The translations under genes and the position numbers were made by a program. Shown here piece after piece: positions 32,757 through 43,929 of a stretch of DNA of 64,000 nt. The stretch covers positions 26,348 to 90,347 of the forward strand of contig JBNKTL010000016.1 in NCBI GenBank assembly GCA_050298055.1. Direction: 5' to 3'. The DNA comes from Spirochaetota bacterium. GTDB taxonomy: Bacteria; Spirochaetota; UBA4802; UBA5550. Under the pieces are notes generated by a model. It had not been told where the DNA came from and did no database searches. It was given only the letters and a program-made list of their open reading frames with translations. Numbering within the stretch: the stretch's first letter is position 1; each line of letters starts with the position of its first letter.

Positions 32757-32895
32757 ATTACTATTCAGCTGAGTATAAGAAAAAACATATTTAACAAAAA
32801 AAGATAACCAATATGTCCCCGCCGCCTTCGGTGGCGGGGACATATTGTTGCTATTTATGAAATACGCAATTTTATTCAGATAGCTGAGTTGTTAC
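32757..32895 (-). repeat. ~140-bp element copy 3
   Basis: TTACTATTCAGCTGAGTATAAG...AATATGTCCCCGCCGCC-TTC-GGTGGCGGGGACATATT...ATAGCTGAGTTGTTAC. Confidence 0.9.
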
Positions 32896-32937
32896 TATAT
32901 TTTTTATACAAGCATTTCAATCTATGCATGAGAGATT

Positions 32938-33540
32938 ATGGGTAACAGTGAAGAATTTAAAGAGAGGGCGCTGAGAAAGATCCGGTCAAAAGAGAGCTTT
33001 AATGATACCCGCAGAAAAAGACGACTTTCCAAAATATTCCTGGTCGTAGACGCGGTAATCATACTGCTGGTGATGCTCTATTTTTATGACGGGGATGGGC
33101 CCGAAGAAGCCTATTATACCACTAAGCTTGATTACAAAAAAATGGAATTCAGGTTTTCTGTGGCCACCGTGAAAAAAAGTAAAAGCTACCTCTTTACACT
33201 TTCCATTAAGTCCAACAGGAAGAGGGAGAGTGAGATCAGTTTTAATAATTCTATTGCCCGGATTGAAATTTTCCAGGATAAAAATAAACTTCTGGAAAAG
33301 GGACTGGGAAACGGTGTAAACAGGTTAAGAATGCATCCCAGTGAAATAAAATCATTTGCAGAAAACATCGACTATCGGCTTATGGATAACTATATAAAGG
33401 AAAACAGTGATCTGCTTCAGGTGAGGAAAAAGTCACTGATCCGGTTCAGGAACCAGGAAGTAAACTTCACCGCAAAGATCACTTTAAATACTTCTGAAAA
33501 GATTACTGCAACTGTAGATTTTAAACACGGGGTAAAGTAG
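32938..33540 (+). CDS. Hypothetical membrane-anchored protein
   Basis: Basic N-terminus, a single TM segment and a beta-rich remainder. Overlaps the next start. Confidence 0.7.
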   Translation: MGNSEEFKERALRKIRSKESFNDTRRKRRLSKIFLVVDAVIILLVMLYFYDGDGPEEAYYTTKLDYKKMEFRFSVATVKKSKSYLFTLSIKSNRKRESEISFNNSIARIEIFQDKNKLLEKGLGNGVNRLRMHPSEIKSFAENIDYRLMDNYIKENSDLLQVRKKSLIRFRNQEVNFTAKITLNTSEKITATVDFKHGVK

Positions 33541-33995
33541 TGGAAGAGAGAATATCATGGGACAGGTATTTTATGATGATTGCCGAAGATGTTTCAACCA
33601 GGGCCACCTGCATAAGAAGAAGGGTCGGCACGGTCATCGTAAAGAACAAGAGAATACTCTCAACAGGTTATAACGGACCACCGTCAGGGATTTCACACTG
33701 TGATTCTGAAAAGTGTCTTCGTACGAAATTCAATGTCCCGTCGGGTGAAAGGCATGAACTCTGCAGGGGGCTTCACGCGGAGCAGAACGCGATTATTCAG
33801 GCAGCACAATACGGCGTCTCAATAAGTGACGCACAGATATACGTAACTCATCAGCCATGCTCCATTTGTACTAAAATGCTGATAAACAGCGGAATAAAGA
33901 AATTCACCTACAGGTCCCCCTATGATGACGAACTGGCAGCAGAAATGGTCAAAGAGGCCGGCGTCGAAATAATCATTCTTAATGAAAAGAATTAA
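33540..33995 (+). CDS. Cytidine/deoxycytidylate deaminase family (dCMP deaminase/ComEB-like)
   Basis: [15 protein letters not shown] and PCSIC zinc motifs. Confidence 0.93.
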   Translation: MEERISWDRYFMMIAEDVSTRATCIRRRVGTVIVKNKRILSTGYNGPPSGISHCDSEKCLRTKFNVPSGERHELCRGLHAEQNAIIQAAQYGVSISDAQIYVTHQPCSICTKMLINSGIKKFTYRSPYDDELAAEMVKEAGVEIIILNEKN

Positions 33996-34005
33996 TTTAT
34001 ATATT

Positions 34006-34139
34006 ATAACTATGTATAAGAGCAACCATTTTCATTAAAAAAGATAAGTGATATGTTCCCGCCGCCGAAGACTGCGGAAATATATTGTTGATATTTTAGT
34101 CAATATGTATATTTATAGCTATAAAGCTGAGTAAGTTAC
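34006..34139 (-). repeat. ~140-bp element copy 4
   Basis: AACTATGTATAAG...CATTAAAAAAGATAAGTGATATGTTCCCGCCGCC-GAA-GACTGCGGAAATATATTGTTGATATTT...AGCTGAGTAAGTTAC. Confidence 0.85.
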
Positions 34140-34216
34140 TATTTTATTATTGATTACTGCGGTATATATTAATATCTTATAGTCAGCAGCCGATATGAAT
34201 TAAGATTAACCCTTAA

Positions 34217-34942
34217 ATGAAAATAATGAGAGTATATAAAATAATTACAATACTTGCAGTAATCATCTGCTTTCTCCCAGAGGGAAACATTTTCTTAAAG
34301 GAAAAAAGTGAAAATGACCCGCTCTACCAAAAGGCTACCGGGTACTTTTTTCAGAAAAAGTTCGAGATGGCAGAACTTCTCCTTCAGGAGGTCATAAAGA
34401 GAAACCCGGAAAATGTCATGGCCTACTCCTACCTTGGTGATATCTTTCTTAAAAAGAAGAGATACGACGGCGCCCTCAACCTCTACAAAAAGGCACTTGA
34501 CCTGAATCCTGATATGGCGGAAAACCACTTCAGGATTGGGCAGATATACTACTATAAAAAAATGGGAGACCTGTCAATAGAGAGCTTCAGGAAATCACTT
34601 GAACTTGACAGTAAGATAAAGTACGCCTACTATCATATCGGCCTGAGCTATCTGATGCTTCTCCGCGATAAAAAGAATACAATTGAAAACTGGGAAACCT
34701 ATATCAAACTTGCACCCGAAGATCCCCAGTATGAGAAGATCAGGCGGGTTATAGAACTTCTAAAAGACCCGAACTTTATCATACCTCCCGTGGGAAGCGA
34801 TATATCCATCGAAGAGGCACTCCTCCTGGGAGGAGTGACACTCAATGAGGTTGAGAGGAAAGCAAGAGATAAAAAAGCCGGTCATGAGGTAAAAAAAACA
34901 AAGGAAAAGATAGAAGAGATCTATAAAGACGATGATCTTTAA
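34217..34942 (+). CDS. Exported tetratricopeptide-repeat protein
   Basis: Signal-like N-terminus and about four TPRs (AYSYLGDIF...ALDLNP). Confidence 0.88.
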   Translation: MKIMRVYKIITILAVIICFLPEGNIFLKEKSENDPLYQKATGYFFQKKFEMAELLLQEVIKRNPENVMAYSYLGDIFLKKKRYDGALNLYKKALDLNPDMAENHFRIGQIYYYKKMGDLSIESFRKSLELDSKIKYAYYHIGLSYLMLLRDKKNTIENWETYIKLAPEDPQYEKIRRVIELLKDPNFIIPPVGSDISIEEALLLGGVTLNEVERKARDKKAGHEVKKTKEKIEEIYKDDDL

Positions 34943-34971
34943 AGCACCTACTATCATTACCAGGAGGAGTT

Positions 34972-37374
34972 ATGCTTAATAATCTTGACAACAAAACGAT
35001 AATTGGCGGAGGAATCGGGATAATCCTGCTCCTCCTTCTTTCAGGTTATTTTTTCTTCGGTTCGGGAGATAAGCTGTCTGATATTGAAGACAAGCGGATG
35101 AAACAGATTGAACTCTATACCGAACTCCTTGAGACGGATCCTTCAAATATTGATACCCTCATAAAACTCGGGAACCTCTATAAGTCAATCGGTGAACTTG
35201 ACCGCGCCATTGATCTCTATAAAAAGGCCCTGAAGAATGATCCCGGGAACTACGATGTACTCAATGAACTGGGCCATGCCTACGCCCTTGCCGGTGACTA
35301 TGAAAATGCAATAAAAACATTCAGGCTTGCCCAAAAGTCCAAACCGAAATATCCGAAAGCATACAACAGGCTGGGAAATGTATTTGATGATCAGGAAAAG
35401 CACCGTAAAGCTTTAAAAGAATATGTTTCCGCCCGCAGGGTTGATCCGTCAGATCCCGACAGCTACAGAAACATCGCCCGTCAGAAATTCAGGAGGGGTG
35501 ATGTTAACGGGGCCATCTCTACCATTAAACGCGGGATAAGGGCAAATCCCCGGGAAGCGGAAGGATATTACAACCTGGGAAATATCTACTACGATCTTAA
35601 TAAGTACAAGGATGCTGAAAAATATCACAGAAAGGCCATTGCCCTGAATCCAAACAGGGCCAGGTATCACCGCGGCCTCGGGGAAGACCTCATCAGGCAG
35701 GGAAGAGACACCGAATCCATCAATGCCTTTAATAGGGCCGTTGCCTTAAACCCTGCCGACGCGAAGGCATCAGAGAGAATCGGTGACATCTATGGGAAAA
35801 ACAGAGATTACAGGAATGCGGCGGACAACTACAGGCGCGCGCTCCAGTATAACAGCAGAGACAAGAACCTCAGGAGAAAATACCTTGCCGCACTGAGCAA
35901 GCTGGGTGATGCCCGCAAAATCGCAGGTAACGGAGGAAGAGGTGATTCCGGGGACAGGGGAGATTCCGGAACAGGGAGAGGTACGGGAACAGGAAGAGAT
36001 ACCGGTGTTGCCGATACCGGCATGCAGGACACCGGAAGCGATATCTCCGACACAGGTACGGGAACTGCACCCCGGAAGGGCAAGGACCTGAAGAAGGAAG
36101 CTCTCAAGTGGAGAGAGATCGGTGACAAGAGGAGACGCAGCAAGGAGTACAAGGACGCTATAAGCGCATACAGAAACGCCGTAGATGCCGACAAGAACGA
36201 TGACTATTCACACTACTGGCTGGGCAGGCTCTATATGCACAGCAGGATGAACGATGAAGCCAAGGAGTCTTTTCATAATGCGGTTATTGCAAATCCAAAG
36301 AATGCGGATGCTCACTACAGGCTGGGACTCATATATTATATGGAGAAAAAATACAGTGCTGCCATAAAGTCATTCAGCAAGGCCATTCACATGAAGCCGG
36401 ACTTTCCCAAGGCCTATTATTCCCGGGGACTTTCTTACTACAAGCTTAATGACAGGGCAAGCGCCATCAAGAACCTGAAAAAATCCATACAGCAGGATTC
36501 AAAGCTTGACAGGGCATATTTCAACCTGGGCAATATCTACCTCAAGAGCAAGAACTACAGTGAAGCCATGAGATACTTTTCCAAAGACAGGGAACTTCGC
36601 CCCAACAATCCCGATACAAATTTCAAGGTTGCGGAAACCTATCATGAGATGAAGTCATTTAACAATGCAGTACAGTTTTACCAGAAAACAATCAGCCTTG
36701 ACCCGCAGTATCACCAGGCATATTTCAACCTCGCTCTCATCAAACATAAGAGAAAACATTATGCCGAAGCAATACAGCTCTTTAAAAAATCCGCATCGAT
36801 CAAAGGCAACGATTATGCATCCTATTATGAAATTGGAAAGGCATATGAGGGAGCCGGAGATGACAACAACGCAATTGAAAACTACAACAAGGCGATATCA
36901 CTCAACCCAAACTACACCAAGGCATATATAAACCTGGGCGAACTCTATGCAAAGAACAAACTTTATGACAAAGCCATGCAGCTTTACCGGAATGCGACAC
37001 TGAACAATCCGAAGTCTTTCATTGCCCATTTCAACCTTGCGAACGCATACAGGGAATCGAAGATGTACGACGATGCCATAGAGGAATACAAGACATGCAT
37101 AAACCTTAAACCTATTGACTACAAGTCCCACTTCTTCCTCGGCATGGCATACCGGGACAAGGGGAACTACACTGATGCCGTTAAATCTTTTGAGAGGTCC
37201 GCAAGCCTGAACAGAGGACTTGCCGATGCCCACGAAGAACTGGGGATGATCTATTACAGAAAGCTGAAAAATAATCAGAAAGCGGTTGAGCATTTCAAGA
37301 AGCTTCTTTCCCTGGAACCCAATCATCCCAAGGCGGACAATATCCAGAACATCATTAACATGCTTCAGAAGTAA
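34972..37374 (+). CDS. Large membrane-anchored TPR protein with G/D/T-rich linker
   Basis: AGGAGG RBS, N-terminal TM segment, about 20 TPRs and a central GRGDSGDRGDSGTG...DTG linker. Confidence 0.9.
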   Translation: MLNNLDNKTIIGGGIGIILLLLLSGYFFFGSGDKLSDIEDKRMKQIELYTELLETDPSNIDTLIKLGNLYKSIGELDRAIDLYKKALKNDPGNYDVLNELGHAYALAGDYENAIKTFRLAQKSKPKYPKAYNRLGNVFDDQEKHRKALKEYVSARRVDPSDPDSYRNIARQKFRRGDVNGAISTIKRGIRANPREAEGYYNLGNIYYDLNKYKDAEKYHRKAIALNPNRARYHRGLGEDLIRQGRDTESINAFNRAVALNPADAKASERIGDIYGKNRDYRNAADNYRRALQYNSRDKNLRRKYLAALSKLGDARKIAGNGGRGDSGDRGDSGTGRGTGTGRDTGVADTGMQDTGSDISDTGTGTAPRKGKDLKKEALKWREIGDKRRRSKEYKDAISAYRNAVDADKNDDYSHYWLGRLYMHSRMNDEAKESFHNAVIANPKNADAHYRLGLIYYMEKKYSAAIKSFSKAIHMKPDFPKAYYSRGLSYYKLNDRASAIKNLKKSIQQDSKLDRAYFNLGNIYLKSKNYSEAMRYFSKDRELRPNNPDTNFKVAETYHEMKSFNNAVQFYQKTISLDPQYHQAYFNLALIKHKRKHYAEAIQLFKKSASIKGNDYASYYEIGKAYEGAGDDNNAIENYNKAISLNPNYTKAYINLGELYAKNKLYDKAMQLYRNATLNNPKSFIAHFNLANAYRESKMYDDAIEEYKTCINLKPIDYKSHFFLGMAYRDKGNYTDAVKSFERSASLNRGLADAHEELGMIYYRKLKNNQKAVEHFKKLLSLEPNHPKADNIQNIINMLQK

Positions 37375-37386
37375 TAATAGCGGGTT

Positions 37387-37866
37387 GTGAAACTGCAGAT
37401 AAAAGTGATCAGAGTATTTTTATTTTATATACTTTTTTCCATTTTAACGGTATCGTGCACCTTTAAAAATAAAAGTATGGAGACCGTTGATTTTAATACC
37501 GAGGGTTTCCTGAACGGCAACTACTATCAGTATATTATAAAAAAATCCCCAGAGAAAAACACTTCAAGCCTTGTGGAGAAAAGGGAGAGCGCCTACCTTG
37601 AGGCAAAAAACAGTGCCGGGGAAATCGCACGGAAAAAACTTATCCGGTACTGCTACAGTTTCTATCTCTCAAAACACCCGGGATCAAAAACTGCTCTCTC
37701 TACATTTAATAGCCGTAAACGGGAAGAGAAGCTGATACCTTTTATCAAGAAAGCTTATCTCTACCAGGAGTATTATACCCATGAAGCCGAAGCTGTTCTT
37801 GTTTTCCGGATATATAAGCATGGCCTGAAAAGGGAGATAGATTCACTGGCTCTTTCTCCTGAATAA
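37387..37866 (+). CDS. Hypothetical lipoprotein
   Basis: Hydrophobic N-terminus ending LTVSC. GTG start. Confidence 0.65.
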   Translation: MKLQIKVIRVFLFYILFSILTVSCTFKNKSMETVDFNTEGFLNGNYYQYIIKKSPEKNTSSLVEKRESAYLEAKNSAGEIARKKLIRYCYSFYLSKHPGSKTALSTFNSRKREEKLIPFIKKAYLYQEYYTHEAEAVLVFRIYKHGLKREIDSLALSPE

Positions 37867-37879
37867 CTGCAGGAATCAA

Positions 37880-38908
37880 TCAGTTTTCAGCATACTTTTC
37901 CTTGATCCTGAGAATATCCGGCATGACATCTATAAACGCGTCTACCAGTTCCGGATCAAAGTGTTTTCCGCTTTCTTTTTTGATTAAATCAAGTGCCTTA
38001 TCAATTTCCCATGATTTCTTATAGGGCCTCTCACTGGTCAATGCATCGAAGACATCGGCAATAGCGGTTATTCTGCCGATAAGCGGAATTGTATCACCTT
38101 TGAGTCCTCTGGGATACCCCGTACCATTCCATTTCTCATGATGGCTCTGCGCTGCTGTCCCTGCATTTTTCAGTAAAACTGACGAGTGTTCGCCAATGAT
38201 TGTTATACCAAATTCACAATGCATTTTCATTAAGCCCCACTCGGCATCATCTAGCCTACCCGGCTTTAAAAGAATCCTGTCCGGGATACCTATCTTGCCC
38301 ACATCATGCATGGGTGCCGCATTGAGGATAAGCTCGGCGTCATCTTCACTCAGCCCATATGCAAGCGCGATCTTTTGGGAATATTTGCTCATTCGAATAA
38401 CATGAAGCCCTGTTTCATTGTCTTTGTATTCTGCCGCACGGCCGAGCCTCCTGATAATTTCAAGCCGTGTATCGTTCAGTTCGAATGTGCGTTCTTTTAC
38501 TTTTCTTTCAAGTTCCCTGTTCTGGTCATAAAGTGCAAGGTGTGTTTTTACTCTTGCTTTAACAATCGGGGGGCTGACCGGTTTTGTGATATAATCAACG
38601 GCACCAAGATCGAAACCTCTCTTCTCATCGATAACTTCATTTTTTGATGTCACAAAGATTACCGGAATGTTCTTTGTTCTGCTGTTGCTCTTTAAATGGC
38701 TGCAAATTTCATACCCGTTCATTTCAGGCATCATTATATCGAGAAGGATAAGATCGGGAGAATTATCTGATGCTGCAATTTTCAGAGCCATATCACCGCT
38801 TATAGCTGCCCTGATATTATACTCCCCGTTTAAAATAGTATCAAGAATATCAATATTATCGGGAACATCATCCACAACAAGGATTGTCATTTTTGATTGA
38901 TTATCCAT
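37880..38908 (-). CDS. Response regulator with HD-GYP c-di-GMP phosphodiesterase domain (RpfG-like)
   Basis: REC (VVDD, LLDIMMP, TKP) plus ETGLHVIR, MHDVGKIG and HHEKWNGTGYP. Confidence 0.94.
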   Translation of the reverse strand: MDNQSKMTILVVDDVPDNIDILDTILNGEYNIRAAISGDMALKIAASDNSPDLILLDIMMPEMNGYEICSHLKSNSRTKNIPVIFVTSKNEVIDEKRGFDLGAVDYITKPVSPPIVKARVKTHLALYDQNRELERKVKERTFELNDTRLEIIRRLGRAAEYKDNETGLHVIRMSKYSQKIALAYGLSEDDAELILNAAPMHDVGKIGIPDRILLKPGRLDDAEWGLMKMHCEFGITIIGEHSSVLLKNAGTAAQSHHEKWNGTGYPRGLKGDTIPLIGRITAIADVFDALTSERPYKKSWEIDKALDLIKKESGKHFDPELVDAFIDVMPDILRIKEKYAEN

Positions 38909-38910
38909 TC

Positions 38911-39291
38911 CTATCCCTCCAGATATTTCCTCACAATGGACAACACATCATTCGGTTCTACCGGTTTCATGATCGATTCAACGGGTCCAAATTTTTCATC
39001 GACTTTTTCAGCATCAACATCATCCTTTGCTGTCACAAAAATGACCGGAATTGTTCTTGTACTCTCATCCGTCTTTAGCTGTCTGTAAACTTCATACCCG
39101 TCCATCTCAGGCATCATTATATCCAGCAGTATCAGGTCAGGTTTATGCGATTTTGCAATTTTCAGGGCAATCTTTCCGCTTGTTGCAGCTTTAATCCTGT
39201 ACTCTGATTCCAGAATGCCATCAAGCACATCAATATTTTCCGGTGTATCATCCACAACCAGCACTGTTTGCTTTGCATGTATACCTTCCAT
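38911..39291 (-). CDS. Single-domain response regulator
   Basis: [22 protein letters not shown] and MKP. Confidence 0.9.
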   Translation of the reverse strand: MEGIHAKQTVLVVDDTPENIDVLDGILESEYRIKAATSGKIALKIAKSHKPDLILLDIMMPEMDGYEVYRQLKTDESTRTIPVIFVTAKDDVDAEKVDEKFGPVESIMKPVEPNDVLSIVRKYLEG

Positions 39292-42200
39292 CTATCCCTC
39301 CCTTTTTTCAATACCCAGAATATTAAGAATATTATTCAACTTGATGAGCGCATTTTCAAAATCATATCTGTTTAATAATATCTCAAGATCAATTAATGCA
39401 TGTTGGACTTTTAAGAGTCCGGGTTCTTCTTTTATCTCTTCAAAAAATCTTTTCGCTTCCGTATTGCTCTCTTCCAGGTAGTCCATTAACCTGAAAAGAC
39501 CCTCTTTGAGGCCGGTGCTGAGAAGATGACTCTCTTTTTTTTCTTTCTTTTTAACCGCTGACTCTCCACAGACGGCTGTTTGACTGTATTCTTTAATGGA
39601 ATTTATTACAGCATTTAAATTTCCTGACAAACTGTTCAGTATCACTGCAACTTCATCTCTGTCCCATATCTCATTTTTTAAAATGTCATTAAGTTTTCCT
39701 GACACCGCTTGAAGTTCATGCGCGCCGATATTCCCGGCAACTCCTTTCAGCGTATGGGCAATCCTCACTGCAAGTTCATGGTCATTATTTTCAACTGCGC
39801 TTTTAATCTCACTGACAACATTCTGATTATTGCGACAGAATGAAAGAAGCAGTTTCTCATAGAGATCATGGTTCAGGGATGCATGATAAAGCCCTTCATT
39901 CACATCAATCCCCTTAAGCCCGGCAAAGCTGCCTGTCACTCTTTTTTTTATTTCAACCGCTCCTTCCCGGATAAATTCGGTTTCGAATGAAGGTTTAATC
40001 CATTTTACAAGTGTTAAAAAGAGTTCCATTGGGTCAACCGGTTTGGTTATATAGTCATCAAAACCTGTTTGAGAAACCCTTTCCTGAACACCCGGAGCGG
40101 CATCGGCAGTCATGGCAATAACAGGAAGATCTTTGAAACGTTTATCTTTTTTAATTTCAGCAGTGGCTTCGTAACCATCCATTTCCGGCATATGGAGATC
40201 CATCAATACCGCGTTAAAAATTGTTTCCCCGTTCTTCACACTCTTTACCGCTTCATTTCCATTCCTGGCCGTAAAGACGTTGAAACTCTCTTTTTCAAGA
40301 AGCTCGGTTGCTACCTCAAGATTGATTTCATTGTCTTCCACAAGCAGGATCTTTGCTCCCCTGATAACATTGAGCCCGTCGTCCTTACTGCTCCTGTTCT
40401 TTGAAAACCATTTTCTCTTTTTATTTTTATATCCGAATAAATCCACTATTGTGTCAAACAGGATCGTGTTATTTACAGGTTTAACAACAGTTCTGTCGAT
40501 ATAGAGCGAATCACTGTATTGGGAAAACTCCCTGTTGCCGGAGTTTGCCAGAAGTGCAATGAGGGGAGTATCTATCTCATTCTTTATCTCCCTGAATGTC
40601 CTGATCCCGTCCATCCCGGACATATCGCAGTCAATAACCATTAAGTCATATTCAGTTTCGGATTTTGCAGATATCTTTCCTGCCTGCTCTAACATCTCAT
40701 CAACGGACGACACTGCCCTGACATCGAAAGTCAGGGATTCAAGATACCGGGAGAGTATTACACGGGCAGTACTGTTTTCAATTGCAACCAGAACTTTCAG
40801 ATTCAATAAATCTTCTGACGGGAGCCTGTATCTCCTCCTTTCCATTGACTGACGGTTTAATTTCAGGGTAAAAAAGAACCTGCTTCCCCTGCCCGGTTCA
40901 CTCTCAACATTGATCCCACCCCCCATTAATTCAACAAGACTTTTGCTTATGGCAAGACCAAGTCCGATACCTCCATACTTCCTTTTGGTGGATGTATCTT
41001 TCTGGGTAAAAGATTCAAATATACTGGATACAATATCCTGAGACAGACCGATACCCGTATCCCTTATGGAAAAGCACAGCTCCACTTCCCGGCCCCGGTC
41101 CTCAACTAAATCGACCGAAATGACGATTTCACCTGACTCCGTAAATTTGACCGCATTATCGGCCAGGTTGTTGAGAACCTGCCCAAGACGGAACGGGTCT
41201 CCTACGAGACAAACAGGAACCTCCTTTGAAATCTCGAAGATAAGTTCAAGTCCTTTTTCAAAGGCCTTTCCGCTCACCATATTGGAGAGATTATTGAAAA
41301 CATCATTAATATCAAAATCGATATTTTCAATCTTCATTCTCACAGCTTCGATTTTTGAAAAATCGAGAAGTTCATTTAAAAGAGACATCAGGCCCTTTGA
41401 TGCCCTCTCAATTTTTTCCGTATAATCTTTCTGTTTTAATGATAAATCTGTATTCATGAGCAGGTGGTTCATACCGATTATCGCATTCATGGGAGTTCGA
41501 ATCTCATGGCTCATATTGGCAAGGAATTCACTTTTAGCGCGGTTTGCAGTTTCCGCATCCTCTTTGGCCCGCTTCAATTCATCTTCCGCATTTTTTCTCT
41601 CTGTAATATCTCTGGCATTACCCACAATACCCTTAATGGCCGGATTATCGAGCATATTCAATCCTGTGGCCTCCAGCCACCTCCACGACCCGTTCTTGTG
41701 CAGATGACGGAAAACCACAGCATTAATTTCCTCAGGTCTTTCGATAACCTTCATGAATTTATTTTTAATCTCCTCATAATCATCCAGATGGACAAAATCA
41801 AGGAGTTTCCTGCCATAAAGATCATCATTTGAATATCCGAGGATTCGCTTATGGGAGGGGCTCGCATATCTATAGGTCCCGTCCGTATCGATAATGTATA
41901 TAATATCATTTGAATTCTGAACCAGTGCCCGGAAGCGCTCCTCACTCTCCTGCAGGGCATTTTCTGCTTCTTTCCTCCGGGTGATATCCTCCTGCAGGCC
42001 GATAAAATGCCTTATGACACCGTCATCCTCTTTGATTGCCTTTATGGATGTACTGGCCCAGTAATTTTCACCGTTCTTCCTCCTGTTGTGCAACTCCCCA
42101 CGCCATTCCTTTCCCGATTTTATGGTTTTCCAGAGATCTTCATATTCTCTCTTCGTGTTTTCCCCCGATCTTAAAATACTGACATTCTGCCCGACAACCT

Positions 42201-43920
42201 CATTAGCCGTATATCCCGTCATCTCTTCAAACTTAGGATTTACATACTCTATAACACCTTCTGAATCTGCAATAATCACCGAAGCAGGACTGAAACTTAC
42301 GGCCTGGGAAAGTACCCTGATATCTCTTGTTCGGTTTTCCACCAGCTCTTCCAGGTGTTTTTGATAGTGAGCAAGGTCTTCTTCGAATTTTTTCTGTTCA
42401 ATAACTTTACCGAGTCTTTCGGCAATTTCATCAAGCAGGTCCCTCTCCTCCTTGAGAAAAGGTCCCTGGTAGAGTTCAGCCTCCTCTTCAAGGTAGCAGA
42501 CATCTATGGTCCCCTTTTTTTTGCCGTTAACCATGATATCTGCCATGAGTATCCATTTGGTCAGTTTATAGTTCCCTGTTCTGTACTCTTTGTCATCAAG
42601 AATTATCCGGGTACAGGTTATCTCCGGATACTGCCAGGAAAGGGGCATCAGGTTAATCAGTCCTTCAAGTATTTCATCCAGGGATATTCCGGGCTGAGCA
42701 ACAAGCCGGGAAAACCCATAGAGACATTTGAGTTCCCTTACACGCTTTTTCATGTCATAGATAAGAGTTGTTTGTTTTCGCTCCAGAAACTTCCTCTTAG
42801 TGATATCCTTATCTACACCCCTGTAGCCCACAAGTTCACCTTCATTGATAATCGGGACCCCATTGGCAAGCAGGCAGACATCACTGCCGTCTTTTCTGAT
42901 ACTGTAGTATTCTAAATCGACAAGAGGTTCTTTTTTTTCAGAAATATCGTTGAATATCACTTCAGTCCGACCAGCTTCATCTCTGGACATTATCTGAAAA
43001 GGTGTTTTCCCGATCAACTCTTCCGGCTCATAACCGAGAATCTCTTTAACATTACCCGATACAAAGGTATAGACAGCGTTATTATCAACCTCCCATATCC
43101 AGTCCGCCATGCTGAGAGAAATATCCCTGAACCGTTTTTCACTCTTTTCCAGCTCACCAAGCATTTTTATCTGATCTGAGATATCTTCTTTTATTGCTAT
43201 GAAATTTTTAATCTTTCCCGACTCATCTTTCACCGAAGAAACATGTGACGAGTCCCAGTAGAGTTCACCATCCTTCTTCCTGTTACAGAACCTGCCCGAC
43301 CATTCCTTACCGGAAAGTATCCTCTCCCAGAACTTACGATAAAACTCATTACTCTGTTTTCCCGATTTAAGAATTCCCGGGGTTTCGCCAATCAGTCCTT
43401 TTAAGTCATAACCTGACATTTCAGTGAATTTCGGATTAACAAACTCTATCCGCCCACGAATATCAGTTATCATAATTGAAACAGGACTCTGCTCCACAAC
43501 TTTAAACAGCTTATAGAGCATTTCTTCAGACCATTTTTTGTCAGTTATATCATTAAATATAAGGAGAGAACCGGTAATGACGCCATTGACATCAGTTATC
43601 TCAGATTCAATTTTTTCAACAGGAGTAACAGGCCCGCTTTTTGAAAAGAGATAGAGATCATCCCTGTAAGGGAGAATCTCCCCTGCTTTGATAAAATCTT
43701 TATCTCCGCCACCCTTTTTCGCATTCTTATTGTTATATGATACATTAAAGACATCACTTCTTGGTTTTCCAATGGCCTCTTCCAGGCCCCATCCTGTGAG
43801 ACCCTGGGCATTTTTATTCATGTAAATAATATTCCCAATACTATCGGCGGCAATAAAGGCATCGTTGATATTGTCAAAAACATCATAATACCATTCTACT
43901 GGCAATTGTTCCTTTTTCAT
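39292..43920 (-). CDS. Cytoplasmic multi-PAS hybrid histidine kinase (PAS x5-HisKA-HATPase-REC-REC-Hpt)
   Basis: Repeated PAS/PAC segments, [28 protein letters not shown]...MDLHMP and Hpt AHTLKGVAGNIGA. Confidence 0.93.
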   Translation of the reverse strand: MKKEQLPVEWYYDVFDNINDAFIAADSIGNIIYMNKNAQGLTGWGLEEAIGKPRSDVFNVSYNNKNAKKGGGDKDFIKAGEILPYRDDLYLFSKSGPVTPVEKIESEITDVNGVITGSLLIFNDITDKKWSEEMLYKLFKVVEQSPVSIMITDIRGRIEFVNPKFTEMSGYDLKGLIGETPGILKSGKQSNEFYRKFWERILSGKEWSGRFCNRKKDGELYWDSSHVSSVKDESGKIKNFIAIKEDISDQIKMLGELEKSEKRFRDISLSMADWIWEVDNNAVYTFVSGNVKEILGYEPEELIGKTPFQIMSRDEAGRTEVIFNDISEKKEPLVDLEYYSIRKDGSDVCLLANGVPIINEGELVGYRGVDKDITKRKFLERKQTTLIYDMKKRVRELKCLYGFSRLVAQPGISLDEILEGLINLMPLSWQYPEITCTRIILDDKEYRTGNYKLTKWILMADIMVNGKKKGTIDVCYLEEEAELYQGPFLKEERDLLDEIAERLGKVIEQKKFEEDLAHYQKHLEELVENRTRDIRVLSQAVSFSPASVIIADSEGVIEYVNPKFEEMTGYTANEVVGQNVSILRSGENTKREYEDLWKTIKSGKEWRGELHNRRKNGENYWASTSIKAIKEDDGVIRHFIGLQEDITRRKEAENALQESEERFRALVQNSNDIIYIIDTDGTYRYASPSHKRILGYSNDDLYGRKLLDFVHLDDYEEIKNKFMKVIERPEEINAVVFRHLHKNGSWRWLEATGLNMLDNPAIKGIVGNARDITERKNAEDELKRAKEDAETANRAKSEFLANMSHEIRTPMNAIIGMNHLLMNTDLSLKQKDYTEKIERASKGLMSLLNELLDFSKIEAVRMKIENIDFDINDVFNNLSNMVSGKAFEKGLELIFEISKEVPVCLVGDPFRLGQVLNNLADNAVKFTESGEIVISVDLVEDRGREVELCFSIRDTGIGLSQDIVSSIFESFTQKDTSTKRKYGGIGLGLAISKSLVELMGGGINVESEPGRGSRFFFTLKLNRQSMERRRYRLPSEDLLNLKVLVAIENSTARVILSRYLESLTFDVRAVSSVDEMLEQAGKISAKSETEYDLMVIDCDMSGMDGIRTFREIKNEIDTPLIALLANSGNREFSQYSDSLYIDRTVVKPVNNTILFDTIVDLFGYKNKKRKWFSKNRSSKDDGLNVIRGAKILLVEDNEINLEVATELLEKESFNVFTARNGNEAVKSVKNGETIFNAVLMDLHMPEMDGYEATAEIKKDKRFKDLPVIAMTADAAPGVQERVSQTGFDDYITKPVDPMELFLTLVKWIKPSFETEFIREGAVEIKKRVTGSFAGLKGIDVNEGLYHASLNHDLYEKLLLSFCRNNQNVVSEIKSAVENNDHELAVRIAHTLKGVAGNIGAHELQAVSGKLNDILKNEIWDRDEVAVILNSLSGNLNAVINSIKEYSQTAVCGESAVKKKEKKESHLLSTGLKEGLFRLMDYLEESNTEAKRFFEEIKEEPGLLKVQHALIDLEILLNRYDFENALIKLNNILNILGIEKREG

Positions 43921-43929
43921 CCTTCTCTC

